The position numbers and the translations under genes are program-made. From contig CBDETY010000003.1 of assembly GCA_965243025.1 (NCBI GenBank), positions 1,312,001 through 1,376,000 of the forward strand: DNA of 64,000 bases, in the 5' to 3' direction. The DNA is from Candidatus Latescibacterota bacterium. Its GTDB lineage: Bacteria > Latescibacterota > UBA2968 > UBA8231. The notes beneath the pieces are model-generated. The model had not been told where the DNA came from, searched no databases, and saw nothing but the letters and a program-made list of their open reading frames with translations. Below are positions 28,548 to 40,090 of the stretch, in pieces. Positions within the stretch are counted from its first letter, which is position 1, and each line of letters begins with the position of its first letter.

Positions 28548-30152
28548 TCAGCCCGGCAGCTCGATGACCTGACCCTGCGAGGCCAGAATCCGCTGCAGCT
28601 CCGGGACCGGTATCGCGCGGGGGGCCACCTCGTGCCGAAGGACGAGGTGAGCGGCCACCCCGGCCGCCTGTCCGAGCGCCATCCAGGTCGGCTCCAGGCG
28701 AATTGAGGAGTAGGCGACGTGGGTGGTCGATGCGGCCACCGGAACGATGAGGCCGTCGGTCTTCCGGGGCAGCATGATCCGGTAGGGGATCTGGTAGGGA
28801 GCTTCCGCTTCGAGCATTCCGATGTATCCCTCCAGCACCGCTGCGTCTCCGGGGCGCCGCTTGTGGCAGGGAAAGCTGTCGATCGGGAACTCTCCCACGG
28901 CGATGCTGTCGGCATGCTCGCGCGACCCCCCGCTGACCCGGGGACCGGTGATGTCGAGCTCCGTCAACGTGTACTCACCCACCAGCCGGCGCGCTTCGCG
29001 GACGTACAGCTGAAAGGGGAAGTGCCCGTTGTCGGCGAACTCGTCGAGCGGCAGGTGGTACTGGTTGGCCAGCTCTCGGTGCCCGGCGGGGATTTCCCCG
29101 TCGTTCTGCAGGAACCACAGGAGGCCGAGGGTCAGGTTGCGGTGGCGTTCGCGGATGCGCTGACGGGTGTCCTCGTCCCCTTCGACGTAGCCGCGGTTCT
29201 CCTCGGGGAATGGGAACGCGAGGGGCCGAGGGTTGATGTTGACGTCGGTTTTGCGATTCGGGATGTCGCTGACCGAAAGGGCGCGGACCAGGGTGTCGAA
29301 ATGGGCGGGGTTGTACCCGCGGTCCGGCTTGGGGTGCCTGGGGCCGGCCAGGCGTCCGGCGGCGAGGTCGTCGAAATAGCCGAGGTATTCCCGGCGGTCG
29401 TACCCGGGAGGCGGCTGGACGAGACGGAAGGAGTTCTCCGCCTCCGTGGTCAGGCAGAGGCGGTAGGTGTAGGCCGGAAGGGCCGCGTCCCCGGCGCCGG
29501 TGGTTCCCGGCAGGAACCGGCGGGTCTGATAGTCGAAGTAAACGACCCCGGCATGCGGCTCCCCGTGCTCGTCGCGGGACTCCCGGCCGACGCGGAACTC
29601 CGCTCCCGCCGCGGCGTACAGGTCCCCCTCGTACGTGGCGTCGATGAAAACGCCCCCCTCGAGTCGCCGCACCTCGGCGGTGCTGCGATCGGCTGCCTCG
29701 ATGGCGGTAACCGCGCCCTCCTCGACATGGACCTCGAGCAGCCGCAAACCGCACAGCAGGGCGACGTTCTCCCCGCAGTTTGCCAGCATCTCGGAGAAAA
29801 CCGTTTCCGCCACGGAGGGCTCGCTGCGGTACCCGTCCCGGCAGAGCGCGACGTTCTCCGAGTCGGGTCCGTACAGGTCGGTGTAGTGGGTGAGGACCCG
29901 GTCGGTGAACTCGCGGAAGAGCCCGGCGATGGCGGCCCGGTTCTCGATGTCGCTCTTCCCCAGGCCGCTGGCCGCCATGCCCCCGATGTGCCGGTGGTAC
30001 TCGACCAGGGCGACCCGGCGACCCAGGCGGGCGGCGGCTACCGTGGCGGCGATTCCTCCCGGGGTGGCGCCGACAACGGCGACGTCGAACTTCAGGGGAA
30101 CGGCTGCTCCCGCTTCGGCGGCGTTGCCGGGGCGGCCCGAAGAAGCGGTCAT
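28548..30152 (-). CDS. FAD-dependent oxidoreductase (FAD_oxidored family)
   Basis: DVAVVGATPGGIAA, FIDATYEGDL, YVREARRL, YQIPYR, SSIRLEPTWM. Confidence 0.9.
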   Translation of the reverse strand: MTASSGRPGNAAEAGAAVPLKFDVAVVGATPGGIAATVAAARLGRRVALVEYHRHIGGMAASGLGKSDIENRAAIAGLFREFTDRVLTHYTDLYGPDSENVALCRDGYRSEPSVAETVFSEMLANCGENVALLCGLRLLEVHVEEGAVTAIEAADRSTAEVRRLEGGVFIDATYEGDLYAAAGAEFRVGRESRDEHGEPHAGVVYFDYQTRRFLPGTTGAGDAALPAYTYRLCLTTEAENSFRLVQPPPGYDRREYLGYFDDLAAGRLAGPRHPKPDRGYNPAHFDTLVRALSVSDIPNRKTDVNINPRPLAFPFPEENRGYVEGDEDTRQRIRERHRNLTLGLLWFLQNDGEIPAGHRELANQYHLPLDEFADNGHFPFQLYVREARRLVGEYTLTELDITGPRVSGGSREHADSIAVGEFPIDSFPCHKRRPGDAAVLEGYIGMLEAEAPYQIPYRIMLPRKTDGLIVPVAASTTHVAYSSIRLEPTWMALGQAAGVAAHLVLRHEVAPRAIPVPELQRILASQGQVIELPG

Positions 30153-30158
30153 CGCCGG

Positions 30159-30947
30159 TTACCCCCCGCCTCTCTCGATCCGCTCGATGAACCGGGTGCA
30201 GGCGCGAGCCACTTCGCCGGGACGTTCGATGTTGAGATAGTGGGAGGCGCCGGCGACCCAGACCAGCTCAATGTTTTCCCTGTCCGGGATGCGGAGCTCG
30301 TCGAGTCCGGGCCGCTTGCGGCCGCGGTCCCCATACAGCTCGAGGACCGGGACCCCGGTGCCTGCGAGGAATTCGTACCCGTCCCACTTCTTCCAGCAGG
30401 TGCGGAATTCAGCGACCTGTTCCGGGCTCCAGCGCTCGAAGACACGCCGGCGGGTCTCGTCCTTGCGGCTGATCAGCGACGGCGTCAGGGTGTCGAAGAT
30501 GCGGCCTGCGAAGGCGTCCTCCACCACCTCGTGGCTGGTCCAGCCCTCGATGGAGATCACCCCCCTGGCGATTTCCGGGCGTACCCGGGCCAGCTGCATG
30601 GCGATCATGCCGCCGATGCTGTGGCCCCCCACGAAAAGTGGAGAGGCGAGACCGAGGTCGGAGGCGGCGGTCAGCACGTCCTCTGCGAACAGCTCGATCG
30701 AGGCGTCTTGCGGGGGAGGCCAGCTTCCTCCGTGACCGCGCAGTTCCACGACGACCAGCTGCATCCTCGCGTCGAGCCGTTCGACGATATCCCTGCATCC
30801 GGAGCTGTCGTCAAAGCTTCCGGGAATCAGGATCAGGGTCGAGCCCGGTCCCGGCCGGTGCAGGCAGGAAAGGCGCCCCCACTCCATGGGGATGTTCCGC
30901 CGCGTGAAAGCGGGGCCGAGTTCGTGGTCCGGTGCGGAGAGCGTCAT
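30159..30947 (-). CDS. Alpha/beta-fold hydrolase
   Basis: LRGHGGS, nucleophile elbow GHSIGG, GASH; this is the C-terminal part of track ORF 30159-32528. Confidence 0.88.
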   Translation of the reverse strand: MTLSAPDHELGPAFTRRNIPMEWGRLSCLHRPGPGSTLILIPGSFDDSSGCRDIVERLDARMQLVVVELRGHGGSWPPPQDASIELFAEDVLTAASDLGLASPLFVGGHSIGGMIAMQLARVRPEIARGVISIEGWTSHEVVEDAFAGRIFDTLTPSLISRKDETRRRVFERWSPEQVAEFRTCWKKWDGYEFLAGTGVPVLELYGDRGRKRPGLDELRIPDRENIELVWVAGASHYLNIERPGEVARACTRFIERIERGGG

Positions 30948-31334
30948 GGAGGCGTTGGATTTGCTGTTGAGCGGGCCCGGGGGGCGAACTCGGGGGAACC
31001 ATCCCCCGGGAATGGCCACCAACCCGGGCCAATGTGGGGGTGGCCGGGATTTTTCCGGGTGATGCGAGAGGATAGGAAGCTTGACATACCCCGGCCAGCG
31101 GGTGAGACTGACCGCATTAACGACGCCGGAACAACCGGGCGTTACGAGCATCGTCCACGCCCGGACCGGAAGGCGGCAAGGGTCGCGGCCATCTTGCCCG
31201 GGGTGGAGGGCCCTCCTTCGAGGCAGGGTCGGAAAGTGTTTCGGCAAAGGGCGGGGAGTCATTGTCGCCCGGTCTCCCCTTCCCCCGGCTTTCGCCGGCA
31301 TCGGGCAATCGGCCGGCCTGGAATGGAAAGGATC

Positions 31335-32294
31335 ATGAGGCGGGTAGCCAAACCGGAAGGCCTGCACAACATCGTTGTCGAAGAGGTGGAGACGCCCCGG
31401 ATATCCCCCACCGAGGTCCTCGTGAAAACCAGGCGCACCCTGATCAGCCGCGGTTCGGAGATAGGCGCCCGTTACACCCGGGAGGGGCCTGTCGACCCGG
31501 CGATCATGGGGTACTCGCAGGCGGGCATCGTCGTCGAGGTCGGCGCCGGGGTCGACGGATACGCGGCAGGTGACCGCGTCGCCTCGGTGCGGCCGCATGC
31601 CGAATACGTAGTCGTCGACATCGACCGCCACGGCGGCGACATCATCCCCCTTCCGGATGGCGTCGGCTTCGAGACGGCTACCTTCTGGCCGCTTGCGACC
31701 AGTTCGGTCCGGTGGATGCATGAGTCCGGTATTTCCCGGGGCGAGACCCTCGTGATCCTCGGACAGGGGCTGGTGGGAAGCCTGTGCATGCAGGTGGCCA
31801 GGAAGCTGTACGATCCCAGGATCATCGCCGTCGATGCGCTGCCCCTGCGCTGCGACCTGGCGCGTGCGCTCGGTGCCGACCAGGTGGTCGACGCGTCCGT
31901 GGACGATCCGGTCGAGGCGATCCGCGGTCTCACCGGAGAGGGGGCCGACGTCGTCGTCGAGGCCGTTGGCGGGCGCGGGGGAGCCAGGGCATTCGAGCAG
32001 GCCCAGGAGATGCTGAAACGGGGCGGCCTGCTGCACGTTCTGGGTCTGTACGAAAACGAGCCGCTGCCCCTTTACTCGAGCCTGATTCAAGGCAGGCGGC
32101 TTCTGGGGGGGTACATCGACCTCGGAGCAAAAAGGGAGAGCTCGGAGGAGGCGATGTCCATGCTGGAAACCGGGGCCATCGCCACGGAGCGGATGATCAC
32201 CCACCGCATCCCGTTCACCGAAGCCAAGGCGGCATTCGACCTGCTCTACGACAGGCTCCCAGAAGCGATGGCCGTACTCCTGACCTGGGATTAG
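31335..32294 (+). CDS. Medium-chain (Zn-type) alcohol dehydrogenase-like oxidoreductase
   Basis: ISRGSE, MGYS, GQGLVG, GADVVVEAVG, MITHR; this is the C-terminal part of track ORF 28719-32294. Confidence 0.88.
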   Translation: MRRVAKPEGLHNIVVEEVETPRISPTEVLVKTRRTLISRGSEIGARYTREGPVDPAIMGYSQAGIVVEVGAGVDGYAAGDRVASVRPHAEYVVVDIDRHGGDIIPLPDGVGFETATFWPLATSSVRWMHESGISRGETLVILGQGLVGSLCMQVARKLYDPRIIAVDALPLRCDLARALGADQVVDASVDDPVEAIRGLTGEGADVVVEAVGGRGGARAFEQAQEMLKRGGLLHVLGLYENEPLPLYSSLIQGRRLLGGYIDLGAKRESSEEAMSMLETGAIATERMITHRIPFTEAKAAFDLLYDRLPEAMAVLLTWD

Positions 32295-32427
32295 CGGCCG
32301 GAAACACGCGGGAAGACCGCTGCGATTCTTCGATTTTTCGGACGAACCAGGCCGCCCTTTGACCGATTGACAGCCATTGGAGCGGGGCCTTGTTTCCAGG
32401 CGGTAACCCTCCTCTGGACCGCCAACA

Positions 32428-33459
32428 GTGAATATCCGGACCCCCGCCATACTCGGAGCCGTACTCCTTTTCGCGGTTTCCTGTGCACCCCTGACGAAAC
32501 CGGTTCCCGAAACTGATTCCTCCGCCACCGGGCCGGATCAGGAGCAGGAACCCCCCCTCGAGCGTTATCTGAAGAACCGGAAGGCGGAGGAACCGGATGC
32601 CGGAAGAAGCGGCAAGCCGTGGATCGCGGTCCTGCCGATGAAGGACGTGTCCGACTTTCGCGAGGGTGTGTGGGATATAGAGCATGAATTTCCCGCCCTT
32701 CTGACCGCGGAACTGGGCTCTCAGGATGTCTGGCGGGCCGTTCCCTACGACGCGGTGCGGCAGGTCGCCGGCGCTGCGCGGGAGCACTGGACGGACCAGG
32801 AGCTGCTTCGGGTCGCCGGCCTGCTGCGCGCGGACATCCTTCTGGAGGGAGAGATCCTCGATTACAACACGGAACGGCTCCACGTCGGCGATCCGCTCGT
32901 CGCCGGGTACAAGTCCTTCAGCGGCGTCGCCGAACTGGAGTTCACGGCTATGCGCGGGGAGGACCTGTCGACGATAGGGGGGCTGTACTCGAAGAAGGAG
33001 ACGACCGATCGCGATATTGGACTCGACCTGTTCGGGAAGCCGCGCGAGCGGGACTTCCAGTACGTCAATCTCGACAAGATGGTGTTCGGTTCCGACGATT
33101 TCCGAGCCACCCCGATAGGTGAAGCGACCGTGCGGGCGATCGTCGAGGTGGCCGACAAGCTCTCGGAGCTGATTCGCCCGGGGAACATCCGCCTCGGGAG
33201 CGACCCTGCCGAAATCCTGTCGGCATACGGCGACGAGATATTCATCAACCTGGGAAGCGAGAACGACGTGCACAGGGGGTACCGCTTCGAGGTCTTCCCG
33301 GGGCCGGAACGCGCCATCGAGGAAGGCCTGGACACCCTGGTGAGCGTAGCCCTGATCGAGGTGGCCGATGTCGTCGGGGCCCGTGTCTCCCGAGTCGTGA
33401 TGATCAGCGGCGGGGAAATTGCCTCCGGGGACCGCCTGAAGTTCGTGCAGACGCAGTAG
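32428..33459 (+). CDS. Lipoprotein, CsgG/FlgT-like fold
   Basis: Lipobox AVSC; IAVLP; C-terminal IFINLGSENDVHRGYRFEV beta domain. Confidence 0.7.
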   Translation: MNIRTPAILGAVLLFAVSCAPLTKPVPETDSSATGPDQEQEPPLERYLKNRKAEEPDAGRSGKPWIAVLPMKDVSDFREGVWDIEHEFPALLTAELGSQDVWRAVPYDAVRQVAGAAREHWTDQELLRVAGLLRADILLEGEILDYNTERLHVGDPLVAGYKSFSGVAELEFTAMRGEDLSTIGGLYSKKETTDRDIGLDLFGKPRERDFQYVNLDKMVFGSDDFRATPIGEATVRAIVEVADKLSELIRPGNIRLGSDPAEILSAYGDEIFINLGSENDVHRGYRFEVFPGPERAIEEGLDTLVSVALIEVADVVGARVSRVVMISGGEIASGDRLKFVQTQ

Positions 33460-33482
33460 TTGCCGGGGAGGAGAACCAGAGG

Positions 33483-34511
33483 GTGAAGGGAGTTGTGAAA
33501 TACCGGCGAGGCAGCGGGTTCGTGGAGCTTCGCGAGGTCGAGGAGCAGCCTCCCGGTCCATCGCAGGTGAAGATCGCCGTCAAGGCGAGCGGGATCTGCG
33601 GGTCAGACCTGCACATCCTGCACGACACCATCAACTACAACATCCGCACACCGGTGGTAATGGGCCACGAGTTCAGCGGGGTCGTGGTCGAAAAGGGGGC
33701 CGGCGCGGGAGCCGAGGTCGCTGTCGGGGATCGCGTCACCGGTGAGCCGAGCATCGAGATCTGCGGCAACTGCGCCTACTGCCTGAGCGAGCATTACAAC
33801 CTGTGCCCGGACCGCAAGGTTATGGGGTATTTCCACAACGGCTGCTTCGCCCCTTACGTCAACGCGAGGTTCGTCCACCGCCTGCCGGACAACGTCAGCT
33901 TCAAGGCGGGGGCGGTAACCGAGCTGCTGGCATGCTGCGTTCACTCCGTAATCGAACAGGCGGGGGTGGCTGCCGGTGATTTCGTCGCCGTTATCGGACC
34001 GGGACCGGTCGGTCTGTTCTCCGCCCTGGTAGCGAAGGCGGAGGGTGGCACGGTAATGGTCTGCGGCACTTCCAGGGATGGCGGTCGCCTCCGGTTTGCC
34101 GAGGAGCTGGGGATCGAGCAGACCGCAGTCGTCGACGAGACCGACGCCGCGGAGCGAGTCCGCGAGCTGACCGGCGGCTACGGGGCTGACGTCGTGGTCG
34201 AATGCGCCGGGGTGGCACCGGCCGTCGACCTCGCCCTGGACATGGTGCGCAAACGGGGCAAGGTGTCGCAGATGGGTCTCCCCGGGAAACCGGTGCAGAT
34301 CGACTTCGAGAAGGTGGCTTACAAGGAACTGCAGGTAAGCGGGGGGATCGGCCAGCGGCGGCCGGCCTGGGAGCGGTCGCTGAAGCTGATGGAGCAGGGG
34401 GTGATCGACTGCGAGAAGCTTATTTCACACGAGCTGCCCCTGGCGGAATGGGACCGCGGTTTCGAAATGATGGAGAAACAGGAAGGGATCAAGCTCGTTC
34501 TCAATCCTTGA
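33483..34511 (+). CDS. Zn-dependent dehydrogenase (sorbitol/threonine dehydrogenase family)
   Basis: GICGSDLH, GHEFSG, CGNCAYC...C, GPGPVG. Confidence 0.93.
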   Translation: MKGVVKYRRGSGFVELREVEEQPPGPSQVKIAVKASGICGSDLHILHDTINYNIRTPVVMGHEFSGVVVEKGAGAGAEVAVGDRVTGEPSIEICGNCAYCLSEHYNLCPDRKVMGYFHNGCFAPYVNARFVHRLPDNVSFKAGAVTELLACCVHSVIEQAGVAAGDFVAVIGPGPVGLFSALVAKAEGGTVMVCGTSRDGGRLRFAEELGIEQTAVVDETDAAERVRELTGGYGADVVVECAGVAPAVDLALDMVRKRGKVSQMGLPGKPVQIDFEKVAYKELQVSGGIGQRRPAWERSLKLMEQGVIDCEKLISHELPLAEWDRGFEMMEKQEGIKLVLNP

Positions 34512-34695
34512 CCTGCACCCCCCTCGGCAAAAGCGCCCGGATGTCTCAGGGCGCTTTCAGTTTCCGCATCCTTCCGGGCCTGGCGACCCGCTTCGAAATA
34601 CTCGTCCGGCGGTAAGTGCACAAGCAAATTGATTCCAGCCGGCAGGCCTTCGGGCAGGCGGTCGGAGGGACACAACCGCCTCACGGCCCCGGCCG

Positions 34696-36657
34696 CTATT
34701 TCTTCTTTTCGGAATCGTCGTCCACGACCTCGTAGTCGGCGTCGACGGCGCCGGAGGGCCGAGCTTCATTTCCAGCTCCGGAAGCCCTCGGTTCACCTCC
34801 GGCCTCGCCTGATTCCGGGGGCCCATCGCCCCCTGCTGCGCCGGCCTGCTGCTGGGCTTCCTGGTACATGATTTCGGCAAGCTTGTGCGAAGCGGCGTTC
34901 AGTTTCTGGACCGCAGCGTCGATCGCCGCGGAATCCCCGTCCTCTTCCAGGACCTTCTTGAGCTCGGCGATCGCATCCTCCACCGGCTTGCGGTCTTCTG
35001 CCGAAAGCTTGTCGCCGTGCTCGCCGAGCGACTTCTCGCTGGCGTAAACCAGCTGATCCGCTTCGTTTCGTTTGTCTACCTGCTCGCGTCGCGTCTTGTC
35101 CTCTTCGGCATGCGCCTCGGCGTCCTTCTGCATGCTTTCGATGTCTTCCTGCGACAGGCCGCTGGAGGCTTCGATGCGAATCGACTGTTCCTTGTTGGTG
35201 CCCTTGTCCTGGGCGGAAACGTTGAGGATTCCGTTTGCGTCGATATCGAAGGTCACTTCGATCTGGGGCATGCCGCGCGGCGCCGCGGGAATCCCGTCCA
35301 GGTGAAACCGGCCCAGGGTGCGGTTGTCCCTGGCGAACTCCCTCTCCCCCTGCAGGACGTGCACTTCGACGGAGGGCTGGTTGTCCGCGGCGGTCGAGAA
35401 CACCTGGCTCTTTTTCGTCGGTATCGTGGTGTTGCGCTCGATCAGCCGGGTCATCACCCCGCCCAGGGTCTCGATGCCGACCGACAGCGGGGTCACGTCG
35501 AGAAGCAGCACGTCATCCACGTCTCCTGACAGGATGCCGGCCTGAATGCCGGCGCCGACCGCCACCACTTCGTCCGGGTTGACGCCTTTGTGCGGCTCCT
35601 TCCCGAACAGCTCCTGCACCAGCTCCTGCACCTTTGGCATGCGCGTGGAACCCCCGACCAGGATCACCTCGTTTACCTCTGCGGCCGTCACTTCGGCGTC
35701 GCGCAGGGCCTGCTCGCAAGGAACCCGGGTCCTCTGCACCAGATCCTCGACCAATTGCTCGAACTTGGCTCGCGAAAGCGTGGTCTGGACATGCTTGGGC
35801 CCGGTCTGGTCGGCGGTGATGAAGGGGAGGTTGATTTCGGTCGAGCCGGCCGACGACAGCTCGCATTTCGCTTTCTCCGCCGCCTCCTTCAGGCGCTGCA
35901 GTGCCATCGCATCCTTGCGGAGGTCGATTCCCTCGGCCTGCTCGAACTCCTCGGCGATCCAGTCGATGACCCGCTGATCGAAGTCGTCGCCGCCCAGATG
36001 GGTGTCGCCGTTGGTCGATTTGACCTCGAATACTCCGTCGCCCAGTTCGAGAATCGAGATGTCGAAGGTGCCTCCGCCGAGGTCGTACACGGCGATCTTC
36101 TCGTTGCGGCCCTCCTTGTCGAGCCCGTAGGCGAGCGCCGCGGCAGTCGGCTCGTTGACGATTCTCAACACCTCCAACCCGGCGATGGCGCCGCTGTCCT
36201 TGGTAGCTTGCCGTTGGGCGTCGTTGAAGTATGCAGGAACGGTGATGACCGCCTGCTGGATTTCCTCTCCGAGGTAGTCTTCGGCGGTCTGCTTCATCTT
36301 CTGAAGCACCATGGCCGAAATCTCCGGGGGTGTGAACTCGCCCCCGCCGGCCTTGACCACCGCCAGGTCCCGGGCCCCCTTCGATACCTCGTACGGAACC
36401 TCCGCGATTTCCTGGGACACCTCTTCGAAGCGGCGTCCCATGAAGCGCTTGATGGAGAAGATGGTATTCCGGGGATTGGTGACCGCCTGGCGTTTCGCGG
36501 TCTGCCCGACAAGGCGTTCCCCGTCTTTGGCGAACCCGACCATAGAGGGGGTGGTTCTCCCCCCCTCCGCGTTCGAAATCACGGCGGGCTCCTTGCCCTC
36601 CATTACGGCAACACACGAATTCGTCGTACCCAGATCTATGCCGATTACCTTGGCCAT
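34696..36657 (-). CDS. dnaK: Chaperone DnaK
   Basis: [34 protein letters not shown]. Confidence 0.98.
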   Translation of the reverse strand: MAKVIGIDLGTTNSCVAVMEGKEPAVISNAEGGRTTPSMVGFAKDGERLVGQTAKRQAVTNPRNTIFSIKRFMGRRFEEVSQEIAEVPYEVSKGARDLAVVKAGGGEFTPPEISAMVLQKMKQTAEDYLGEEIQQAVITVPAYFNDAQRQATKDSGAIAGLEVLRIVNEPTAAALAYGLDKEGRNEKIAVYDLGGGTFDISILELGDGVFEVKSTNGDTHLGGDDFDQRVIDWIAEEFEQAEGIDLRKDAMALQRLKEAAEKAKCELSSAGSTEINLPFITADQTGPKHVQTTLSRAKFEQLVEDLVQRTRVPCEQALRDAEVTAAEVNEVILVGGSTRMPKVQELVQELFGKEPHKGVNPDEVVAVGAGIQAGILSGDVDDVLLLDVTPLSVGIETLGGVMTRLIERNTTIPTKKSQVFSTAADNQPSVEVHVLQGEREFARDNRTLGRFHLDGIPAAPRGMPQIEVTFDIDANGILNVSAQDKGTNKEQSIRIEASSGLSQEDIESMQKDAEAHAEEDKTRREQVDKRNEADQLVYASEKSLGEHGDKLSAEDRKPVEDAIAELKKVLEEDGDSAAIDAAVQKLNAASHKLAEIMYQEAQQQAGAAGGDGPPESGEAGGEPRASGAGNEARPSGAVDADYEVVDDDSEKKK

Positions 36658-36713
36658 GGCCATTCCTCTTCTCTGGTTGCAATGCAACTGCTGGTGGTTG
36701 ACAGGAGAACCCC

Positions 36714-36731
36714 TTGCAATCGATGTACCAG
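36714..36731 (-). promoter_or_regulatory. sigma54-type promoter of dnaK
   Basis: Minus strand CTGGTAC-ATCGA-TTGCAA, with the GG-N10-GC -24/-12 spacing. Confidence 0.65.
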
Positions 36732-36892
36732 TTGCGGAAAAAACTCTCTAATTGTCTGGTGTTAAACCAGTTATACGATTTTGGCGGGTTCTTGAAAAAA
36801 ACCGAATGACTGCCATAATGGCTGCCATGCATGCATTTATTGCACTGGATGCCGCAATTTGCCGTTCCCTGCCAGAGCAGGTGGACCTGAAA

Positions 36893-36922
36893 TTGACACC
36901 TGTCGTACTGCCCGGATAGATT
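36893..36922 (+). promoter_or_regulatory. sigma70-type promoter upstream of uvrB
   Basis: TTGACA-18 bp-TAGATT. Confidence 0.5.
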
Positions 36923-37089
36923 AGGAGTTTGTCTTCAAGCCGGGAGGGCGTGTGAATCCAGGTCCCTCCAGGTACGGTGGAGCCGGACGGACCATTTGTC
37001 GGCGGGTGCGATTGCTGCGGCTACAGAGGCCAGCGCTGATTCGGCGGTTCTGAAGCAATGCCCCGGGATCCAGGGAGAGCAGAAAAAGC

Positions 37090-39087
37090 GTGTCCGGATT
37101 CGACCTGATTTCCGAGTACAGGCCAGCGGGCGATCAGCCCAGGGCCATAGAAGAGCTGGTAGCCGGGGTCGGAAGCGGACAGCAGTTCCAGACACTCCTG
37201 GGGGTCACCGGAAGCGGCAAGACCTTCACGATGGCCAATGCCATCCAGCAGCTCGACCGGCCGACCCTCGTCATTTCCCACAACAAGACTCTTGCCGCGC
37301 AGCTCTACGGTGAGTTTCAGGGGTATTTTCCCGACAACGCGGTAGAGTACTTCGTCAGCTACTACGACTACTACCAGCCGGAAGCGTATCGCCCGGCGAC
37401 AGACACCTACATCGAGAAGGAGGTCGACCTCAACGAGGAGATCGACCGCCTGCGGCTGCGGGCGATGACCTCCCTGCTCGAACGGCGGGACGTCGTTATC
37501 GTGGCGACCGTTTCCTGCATCTTCGGCCTGGGATCGCCTGTCGAGTTCCGGGAACAGAAGCTGACCCTGCGGGTGGGTGACCGGGTGGAACGGGACGAGA
37601 TCCTGCGCCGCCTGATCGACATCTACTACAGCCGCAACGACCTCGAGCTCAAGCGCGGACACTTCCGCGTGCGCGGGGACATCATCGAGGTCGTCCCGGC
37701 GGTCGAGGAGCAGGCCGTCCGCATCGAGCTCTTCGGCGACGAGGTGGAGGCGATTGCGGTGGTCGACGCCATGTCGGGCACGACGCGGGAAAAGAGGGAA
37801 GAGGCGACCTTCTATCCCGCCAAAGCCTACGTCACCGACGAGGACAAGACCGAGCGGGCCTGCGAGGGAATCCTGCACGAGCTCGAGGGCCGCCTACTCG
37901 ACCTGCGAACCGAGGACAGGCTCCTCGAAGCACACCGCCTCGAGACGCGAACCAAGTACGACGTCGAGATGATCCGCGAGATCGGCACCTGCCCCGGGAT
38001 CGAGAACTACAGCCGCTACATGGACGGTCGCGAGCCCGGCCAGGCGCCGTACGTGTTGATGGACTACTTCCCCGGGGACTATCTCCTGCTGATCGACGAA
38101 TCGCACATGACGATTCCGCAGATTCGCGGAATGTGGCGGGGAGACCGTTCGCGCAAGGACATGCTGGTCGAGCACGGTTTCCGCCTGCCCTCCGCGTACG
38201 ACAACCGGCCACTCTACTTCGAGGAGTTCGAGGACAGGGTCGGCGACGCGGTCTTCGTGTCGGCGACCCCGGGTCCGTACGAGCTCGAGCGGTCGGGCGG
38301 GGTTATAGTCGAGCAGGTGATTCGGCCCACCGGTCTCGTCGACCCGGAGATCGAGGTGCGTCCACTGGGAAACCAGGTCGACGATCTCATGGAGGAGATC
38401 CGGGGTCGGGCGGAGCGGAAGGAGAGAGTGCTGGTCACGACCTTGACCAAAAGGATGGCGGAGCGTCTGACAGAGTACCTCGATCAGAACGGCTTCCGGG
38501 TCCGCTACCTGCACTCCGAGGTCGACACCCTGGACCGCGTCAGCATCCTGCGCGACCTGCGCCTTGGGGAGTTCGACGTGCTCGTTGGGATCAACCTGCT
38601 GCGCGAGGGCCTCGATCTGCCCGAGGTTTCGCTTGTCGCCATTCTCGACGCCGACAAGGAGGGATTCCTGCGCTCCGAGCAGTCTCTTATTCAGACCGTG
38701 GGGCGGGCGGCGCGAAACGCCGCGGGACTGGTGATCTTCTACGCCGACAAAATGACCGGATCGATGCAGCGCACCATCGCCGAAACCCGTCGCCGCCGGC
38801 GCTTGCAGCAGGAGTTCAACGAGGAACACGGCATCGTGCCGCAGACGATCCTGCGCTCAGCGGAGGCCATTCTGCAGACGACCTCGGTCCTCGAACACGC
38901 GCGCCAAGACAAGACCGAAGCCGTGGGGGACCTCGCTGCCCATGGTTCCGCAAGGGCGGGAGATACCCGTGAGCTCCTTGCCGAACTGGAAAAACGGATG
39001 GCCGAGGCGGCTGCGGCCCTCGAGTTCGAAAAAGCCGCTCAGCTTCGGGACGAAATCAGTCGCTTGCGAGAAAAAGCGGCCGGGTGA
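37090..39087 (+). CDS. uvrB: Excinuclease ABC subunit B
   Basis: [36 protein letters not shown]-terminal UVR domain. Confidence 0.98.
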   Translation: MSGFDLISEYRPAGDQPRAIEELVAGVGSGQQFQTLLGVTGSGKTFTMANAIQQLDRPTLVISHNKTLAAQLYGEFQGYFPDNAVEYFVSYYDYYQPEAYRPATDTYIEKEVDLNEEIDRLRLRAMTSLLERRDVVIVATVSCIFGLGSPVEFREQKLTLRVGDRVERDEILRRLIDIYYSRNDLELKRGHFRVRGDIIEVVPAVEEQAVRIELFGDEVEAIAVVDAMSGTTREKREEATFYPAKAYVTDEDKTERACEGILHELEGRLLDLRTEDRLLEAHRLETRTKYDVEMIREIGTCPGIENYSRYMDGREPGQAPYVLMDYFPGDYLLLIDESHMTIPQIRGMWRGDRSRKDMLVEHGFRLPSAYDNRPLYFEEFEDRVGDAVFVSATPGPYELERSGGVIVEQVIRPTGLVDPEIEVRPLGNQVDDLMEEIRGRAERKERVLVTTLTKRMAERLTEYLDQNGFRVRYLHSEVDTLDRVSILRDLRLGEFDVLVGINLLREGLDLPEVSLVAILDADKEGFLRSEQSLIQTVGRAARNAAGLVIFYADKMTGSMQRTIAETRRRRRLQQEFNEEHGIVPQTILRSAEAILQTTSVLEHARQDKTEAVGDLAAHGSARAGDTRELLAELEKRMAEAAAALEFEKAAQLRDEISRLREKAAG

Positions 39088-39198
39088 CAAACCGTTCGAA
39101 CGGGGAATTGATCGCCAGTGAAGGGAGTGTCATTTCCCGGTGCTTCATCGATGTCTGGTAGTGCCTCAAACCAAGGCACTGCCTGATGTTTCGGGTGA

Positions 39199-39227
39199 TT
39201 GACGATGCAAGTTCCTGAAAGTACATT
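39199..39227 (+). promoter_or_regulatory. sigma70-type promoter
   Basis: TTGACG-17 bp-TACATT. Confidence 0.5.
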
Positions 39228-39304
39228 GGAGCCCTTCATCAGCGGCTTCCCCCTGCGGTTTCCCCTTGTAATCCCCGGAAATACAACAAGAAAACAACAG
39301 GCCC

Positions 39305-40057
39305 ATGGCGAGTAGAAACGGTCGGATTATCGTCGACGTCCAGGATGTCACGATGGTGTACAACGCCAGGAATCGGGACGAATCCACCCATGTGCACGCC
39401 CTGAGGGGGCTCACCCTTCAGGTGTTCGAAAACGAGTTCTTCGCCATAATGGGGCCGTCGGGATCCGGCAAGAGCACCTTGTTCAACCAGATCGGGGCCC
39501 TGCAGACCCCGACATCGGGACAGGTGCTGATCGAAGGCGTCAATCTCGCATCCCTGTCGCCCCAGCAGCTGGCCGCGGTCCGGTGCTTCGAGTTGGGGTA
39601 CATCTTCCAGACCTACAACCTGCTGCCGGTCATGAGTGCGCTGATGAACGTGTCGCTGCCGACGATATTTGCCGGCATGTCCACGGTGGAAGGGGAGGAG
39701 CGGGCGATGGAGTGCCTGCGCATCGTCGGGCTGGATGACAGGGCCCATCACCTGCCGTCGGAGTTGAGCGGCGGGCAGATGCAACGGGTCGCCATCGCCA
39801 GGGCCTTCGTCAACAAACCCCGCATTATCCTGGCCGACGAACCGACCGGTAATCTCGACAGCAACACCGGCCAGGAAATCATCGATCACATGAAGAACCT
39901 GCAGCAGGGATCGGGCACTACCATCATCACCGTGACCCACGATGACAAGATGCTCACGGCGGCGGACCGGATGGCCTGGATTCGCGACGGCAAACTCGAG
40001 CGGATCGCCAACCGCGAGGATATCGAAATCCGCATGGGAAGCATCAGGGAGCACTAG
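39305..40057 (+). CDS. ABC transporter ATP-binding protein (LolD/MacB-like)
   Basis: [37 protein letters not shown]. Confidence 0.95.
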   Translation: MASRNGRIIVDVQDVTMVYNARNRDESTHVHALRGLTLQVFENEFFAIMGPSGSGKSTLFNQIGALQTPTSGQVLIEGVNLASLSPQQLAAVRCFELGYIFQTYNLLPVMSALMNVSLPTIFAGMSTVEGEERAMECLRIVGLDDRAHHLPSELSGGQMQRVAIARAFVNKPRIILADEPTGNLDSNTGQEIIDHMKNLQQGSGTTIITVTHDDKMLTAADRMAWIRDGKLERIANREDIEIRMGSIREH

Positions 40058-40090
40058 TGTCCCGGACTCCCTCCCTGATACTTCCCGGGC

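Noticed and set aside
28719-32528. Very long track ORFs 28719-32294 (+) and 30159-32528 (-)
   Set aside because: They are mostly antisense shadows in GC-rich DNA; only their 3' parts encode the dehydrogenase and the hydrolase.
36660-36900. CIRCE/HrcA operator upstream of dnaK
   Set aside because: No TTAGCACTC-N9-GAGTGCTAA is present.
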